Of a stretch of 64,000 nucleotides of DNA, positions 59,324-64,000 are shown piece by piece (within the stretch, counting starts at the first letter, position 1; each line of letters opens with the position of its first letter). A program made the position numbers and the translations under genes. The stretch is from Candidatus Hydrogenedentota bacterium (GTDB taxonomy: Bacteria > Hydrogenedentota > Hydrogenedentia > Hydrogenedentales > SLHB01). The notes under the pieces were generated by a model that saw only the letters and a list, made by a program, of their open reading frames with translations, had not been told where the DNA came from and did no database searches. The DNA is taken from the NCBI GenBank assembly GCA_963745075.1, contig CAVUWV010000010.1, positions 128,001 through 192,000 on the forward strand. The letters are read 5' to 3'.

Positions 59324-62300
59324 TTGGGGCGTTCTCGGGTGGACGTAAACTCTCCACAACTGGATCAGTTTGATTCCATTCGTCAAGAGGCCCTCGGTTT
59401 AGCCGGTCTCGGCCTGCTTCGGACGACGGCAAAAGGCATCGTCGTATTCGCGGACAAGACCGCGCTCGACGTCCTGGACGTTCGGGAGGACCCTGCCCGC
59501 AGTGCTCAGGTCGTTGGGCACGCTCTTACCGATCTGACAACTTGCCCAATTCCCGTCGAAACGATCGCCACCGAACTTCGCCGTTCCGGGCGCATCCGGC
59601 GCGACGAAGTCGCGTTCCAAGGCGCCAACGGCGATGAACGCTGGGCGCTATACGATTGCTACATCGTGCGCGATTCGGTTTCCGGCGACGACTTCGTCCA
59701 ATTCGTCATTCAGGATGTGACCGAACATCGGCGCACCGCCCGGCAGGAACGAATCCGGCAGATCGCCGTCGATTCATCGGTCAATGCCATTGCCATGGCC
59801 GACCTGGATGGAACGGTGACCTACGCCAATCCCGCCCTGGCTTCCATGTGGGGATTTAAGGACGTGGACGACGTAATCGGAAGGCACGCGGAGTCCCTTT
59901 GGGCGGACGAACACCTGGCGCGGCACGTCGGAATTTGGCTGATTCAACACGATCATTGGTCGGGGCAACTTTCCGCCCGCCGAAAAGATGGCACGACGTT
60001 CGATGTCCACCTTTCCGCCACTCGCGTGCTCGATGCGGACGGAACCCCGCTGTGTCTCATGATGTCCTGTGTGGACATCTCCGAACAGAAGCGGATCGAG
60101 GAGGAACTGCGCAAACGGGTCGAGACCGAGCGGCTTATCGTTCGAATCTCTACACGACTCGTCAGTCGGCTGTCCAGAGACTTGAATGCGTCCGTCACGG
60201 ACGCGCTACAGGAACTCGGAGAATTTGCCGAGGTTTCCTTTGCCGCTCTCGCAATCCGGGATCCCGACGAGGAACGTGTGGAACACGTCTTTGAATGGTG
60301 GAAGGACGGTTCGGGCCCCCAATTCAAGTCGTTGGTTGGTACTCCCCTTGCCGGGTTTGAGTGGTTGACGAAACAGTTGGTCAAAGGGAAGAGCACCGTC
60401 CTCGAACATATGCCCGAAGTGGGGGGGATTCACCGGCGATTCCCGCGGTTGATAGCAATCGCCGGGAAGGTGACCTCTTGCTCGTACCCGTGCAACACAA
60501 CGACCGGACCACCGGCGTCATCGCCTTGTGGACCGGCGAGGATGCCGACGCGCCGCGTGATTGGGGCGAGCAGACGGAAAACGCCATGCGTATCGTCGGC
60601 GAGATCATCGCGAACGTCGTACGGCGGCGGGAAGCCGAAGAAGAGGTGCTGCGACGCGTCGAGTTCGAACGAATCGTAACGGCCGTTTCGAGTCAATTTA
60701 TCGGAATGGCACCCGATGAGATCGACGGCGCCATTGAAGAGGCGTTGCGAACGGTCGGCGAGTACCTGCATGTCGATCGCTGCTATGTCAGTTGGATCTC
60801 CGACGAAAGCGGGGTCGTTATTGAATCCTTCGAGTGGTGTGCCGAAGGAATTCCCTCGTATTGCGCCATTTTGACGGACGTACCCCTGTTCGAGGAATTT
60901 CCATGGGCGGCGAAGAAACTGGTGCGGGGCGAACCACTCATATTCGAATCGGTTGACGAACTGCCCGACGAGGCGGGGCGCGAACGAAGGCTCATGGAGC
61001 AGCAGGACATCAAGTCCCTCGTGAACGTTCCCATCATGGTAAGCAAGCGCCTGATCGGCTTGTTGGGCTTTGAAACCGTCCAATCCGAAGCGCATTGGTC
61101 GGACGACGTCGTAGCCATGGCGACGATTGTCGGCCAGGTGTTCGGCAACGCCATGGTCCGGAAAGAAGGCGAGGCCGAGCGTCAGCACTTGGAGGCGCAG
61201 GTACGCCACGCGCAAAAGCTCGAGAGTCTCGGGGTGCTTGCCGGTGGTATCGCCCACGACTTTAACAATATCCTCATGGGGATCATTGGGAACGCGGGTC
61301 TGGCGATGATGGAGCTGCCGAGCGACTCGCCGGTGTGCGAGTGTATCGTCCACATTGAAAATGCAGCGCAACATGCCGCGGAACTGACCACCCAGTTATT
61401 GGCCTATTCCGGAAAAGGAGCGTTCAGCCTTCGGCCGGTCAACCTGACGCGTATCGTCGACGACATGATGCACCTGGTCGAAGCCGCGGTATCCAAGCGA
61501 GCGTTTTTGAACGTGCGTCTGAACCCCGATGTTCCGGATATTGACGGCGATGCGGGACAACTTCGCCAGGTGGTGCTCAATCTCGTGACCAATGCGTCCG
61601 ACGCGGTAGAGAGCGGCGGGGGCAACATCCGGATCGCGACCGGCGCGATGAAGGCGGACCGCGCGTATCTTGCGGGCACGTATTTGCACGAAGATTTTCG
61701 CGAGGGCCCATACGCGTTCTTGGAGATCGGCGACACCGGCTGCGGAATGGATCGACAGACTCTGGGCCGTATGTTCGATCCGTTCTTTAGCACGAAATTC
61801 CCGGGACGCGGTCTCGGTCTTGCGGCCGTGCTCGGGATCGTCCGCGCCCATCGCGCCGCAATCAAGGTGGAAAGCGCCCCGGGCGAGGGCACGGTGTTTC
61901 GCGTGCTCTTTCCGTGTCGCACGGAGATCGTAACACCGCAGGAAGCTGCGCCGCCCGCGATCGAGTCGGACGTTGCCGGTGGCGTTGTTCTTGTCGTTGA
62001 CGATGAGCCGGTCGTACGTCGCGTGGTGAGACTGACCTTGGAGCGATTTGGCTACGACGTTTTGATGGCCGAAGACGGGCGAGAAGCGGTGGAGGTTTTC
62101 CGCGAACGGCCGGGAGAAATCAACTGCATTCTCCTGGACATGACCATGCCCGTCATGGACGGCGCAGAAGCGTATGCCCAAATCCGAAAGATCGATGCGA
62201 GCGTCCCCATCATACTTTCCAGCGGTTATTCCGAAATTGATGCGCGCGAGCAGTTGGAGGAGTCGTCCGCGCTTACCTTCATTCAGAAGCCATACACGAC

Positions 62301-62358
62301 CGTCGCGCTGGTGGAAGCCGTGAGTCGATCGATTCGGGAAGTGCAACGTCCAGTCTAA
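59324..62358 (+). CDS. Hybrid sensor kinase (PAS-PAS-GAF-GAF-HisKA-HATPase-REC), frameshifted at a G7 run (60421-60427)
   Basis: PAS (TYANPA, RRKDG), H-box GGIAHDFNN, NLVTNA, DTGCGM, FSTKFPGRGLGL and REC (VVDDE, LLDMTMP); start position uncertain. Confidence 0.85.
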
Positions 62359-62720
62359 TCCGCATTTCTCCCAGCCCGAATGCCATCATCGTGCAGACCG
62401 CTAGCCTGGGTGCGTGTGAGCAATGCGGTCCACCCCGCACGTCGGGCAACCCGCAAGGCCTGTAATGATAATTCGTCAGTTTCACCGGGTTGAAGATGTT
62501 CTGACCGCCGCAAACGACTTTCATTGATTCCCCCGTCCCGAATCGCCCATATTCCCGCCTATCATCGAAATGTCTTCACATTCCCGATTGTTCCGTAGCT
62601 AACGATCTTGGTTTCTTTGTTCGGGCATCGCGCAGCCGGCAGTTGGATGCCCAGATACATCCTTTTACGCACGGTGGTTCGGCATTCAATGGTGCGTAGC
62701 GTCCTTACAAGGGAGGCGTT

Positions 62721-64000
62721 GTGGCTGAAAAGGAGCAGGCGGAGCACGTAATCTCCGAAGAGCGCGACGAACTCAAGGGCGAGGAGGAAGAATCCGAGGA
62801 GCCCAAAGGGCGCAGTCTCGCGGTTTTCAGTCTGGCGGCGCTGGGCGTTGTATATGGGGATATCGGAACGAGCCCCCTGTACGCGCTGCGGAAGTGCTTC
62901 CACGAAACGCATACCCTGGCCGTTAATGAAGCGAATGTGCTTGGCGTGCTGTCGCTGATCCTGTGGTCGCTCATCCTTGTCGTGTCCGTGAAATACCTGG
63001 TCTACGTGATGAAAGCCAGCAACGACGGGGAAGGCGGTATCCTGGCCTTGATGGCGCTTGCCGTTCCCGGGGGGGAGCCAAGACGCCGCACCGAGTGGCT
63101 ATTGTTGGCCGTGGGCATGTTCGGAGGCGCGGGGCTCTACGCTGATGGTATGCTCACTCCGGCGATTTCGGTTATGAGCGCGGTGGAAGGGCTTGGCGTG
63201 GTGACGAAGTCCATGGACCCCTACATCGTGCCAATCACCGTGGGCATCTTGTTCGGCCTGTTCATGTTTCAACGCCGGGGGACCCTGGGTGTTGGGTCGG
63301 TTTTCGGCCCGGTCATGTTGCTGTGGTTCGTGACGCTCGCGGTGTTGGGGGTGCACGGCATCCTACGGGAACCCTCGGTCCTGCGCGCCGCGAATCCCTG
63401 GCACGCAATTCAATTCTTTTCGATGAACGGATGGGCGGGATACGTGATCCTCGGAAGCGTCTTCCTGGTAGTGACGGGCAGCGAAGCACTGTACGCAGAC
63501 ATGGGGCACCTCGGAAGAAATCCGATTCGCCTGGCGTGGTTTTCCCTCGTGTTGCCTGCGCTGGTGTTGAACTACTTTGGACAGGGCGCCTTGCTCTTGC
63601 AACAGAACGGCGTCGGAAACCCTTTCTACGAACTGGCGCCGGGCTGGACGCGATACCCGCTGGTTGGGTTGGCGATCGCGGCGACCGTGATCGCATCCCA
63701 AGCGATCATCTCAGGGGCCTTTTCGCTGACCCGGCAGGCGGTGTTGCTCGGCGAGCTTCCTCGTATGTCCATCGTACAAACTTCCCGCGAGAAGGTCGGA
63801 CAAATCTATATCCCGACCGTGAACTGGATACTGATGATCGCGGCCATCGGGCTGGTTCTTACCTTCCGGAAATCCACAAGCCTGGCCGGGGCCTACGGTA
63901 TGACGGTAAGCCAGGCGATGGTGATCACGACGGTGCTTGTGTATTTCGTAGCGCGGGACAAATGGCGGTGGAGCCTGTGGGCCGCCGGCGGGGTGACGGC
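62721..64000 (+). CDS. kup: KUP/HAK/KT potassium transporter (runs off the window)
   Basis: Absent from the ORF track; GGAGG SD plus GTG start; LGVVYGDIGTSPLY, NDGEGGILAL, DGMLTPAISV and EALYADMGH. Confidence 0.95.
   Translation, partial: MAEKEQAEHVISEERDELKGEEEESEEPKGRSLAVFSLAALGVVYGDIGTSPLYALRKCFHETHTLAVNEANVLGVLSLILWSLILVVSVKYLVYVMKASNDGEGGILALMALAVPGGEPRRRTEWLLLAVGMFGGAGLYADGMLTPAISVMSAVEGLGVVTKSMDPYIVPITVGILFGLFMFQRRGTLGVGSVFGPVMLLWFVTLAVLGVHGILREPSVLRAANPWHAIQFFSMNGWAGYVILGSVFLVVTGSEALYADMGHLGRNPIRLAWFSLVLPALVLNYFGQGALLLQQNGVGNPFYELAPGWTRYPLVGLAIAATVIASQAIISGAFSLTRQAVLLGELPRMSIVQTSREKVGQIYIPTVNWILMIAAIGLVLTFRKSTSLAGAYGMTVSQAMVITTVLVYFVARDKWRWSLWAAGGVT

Noticed and set aside
62360..62720. 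c-di-AMP (ydaO) riboswitch upstream of kup, and the minus-strand ORF 62279..62524
   Set aside because: I could not find the conserved ydaO motifs, only a short GGGCATC/GATGCCC stem. The ORF overlaps the kinase 3' end and has no recognisable features.

Overview
GC-rich bacterial chromosomal segment. The GCP-type lipoboxes, DUF1559-like pilin and exosortase-type C-terminal tails suggest Candidatus Hydrogenedentota or a similar lineage (inference only). From left to right it contains: a BACON/VWA lipoprotein (partial) and an LRR lipoprotein; a stand-alone 58-aa peptide gene; a nitrogen module (glnK-amt, a NifA/AnfA-like GAF-AAA+-HTH activator, and a catalytically degenerate paralog with an almost identical HTH); an uncharacterised secreted glycoside-hydrolase-like gene; an exosortase-associated Wzx/Wzy polysaccharide cluster headed by a sensor-less sigma54 activator; a wHTH-UppS-B12 radical SAM locus containing a MITE-like element; two tandemly duplicated M6 metalloproteases ending in a VPSPTG-TM-RRR tail; a Tat sulfatase; an ECF/anti-sigma pair followed by T2SS/T4P-like genes; a GalE-like epimerase; a hybrid histidine kinase; and kup (partial). 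The best candidate for an undescribed system is the nitrogen circuit. It has two sigma54 promoters, phased TAC-N6-GTA operator arrays, an operator-covered sigma70 promoter on the activator gene, and a sigma54-driven ATPase-dead copy of the activator that could act as a feedback antagonist. Four genes carry single-base frameshifts, most simply explained as sequencing indels. No rRNA, tRNA, CRISPR array or transposase was seen.
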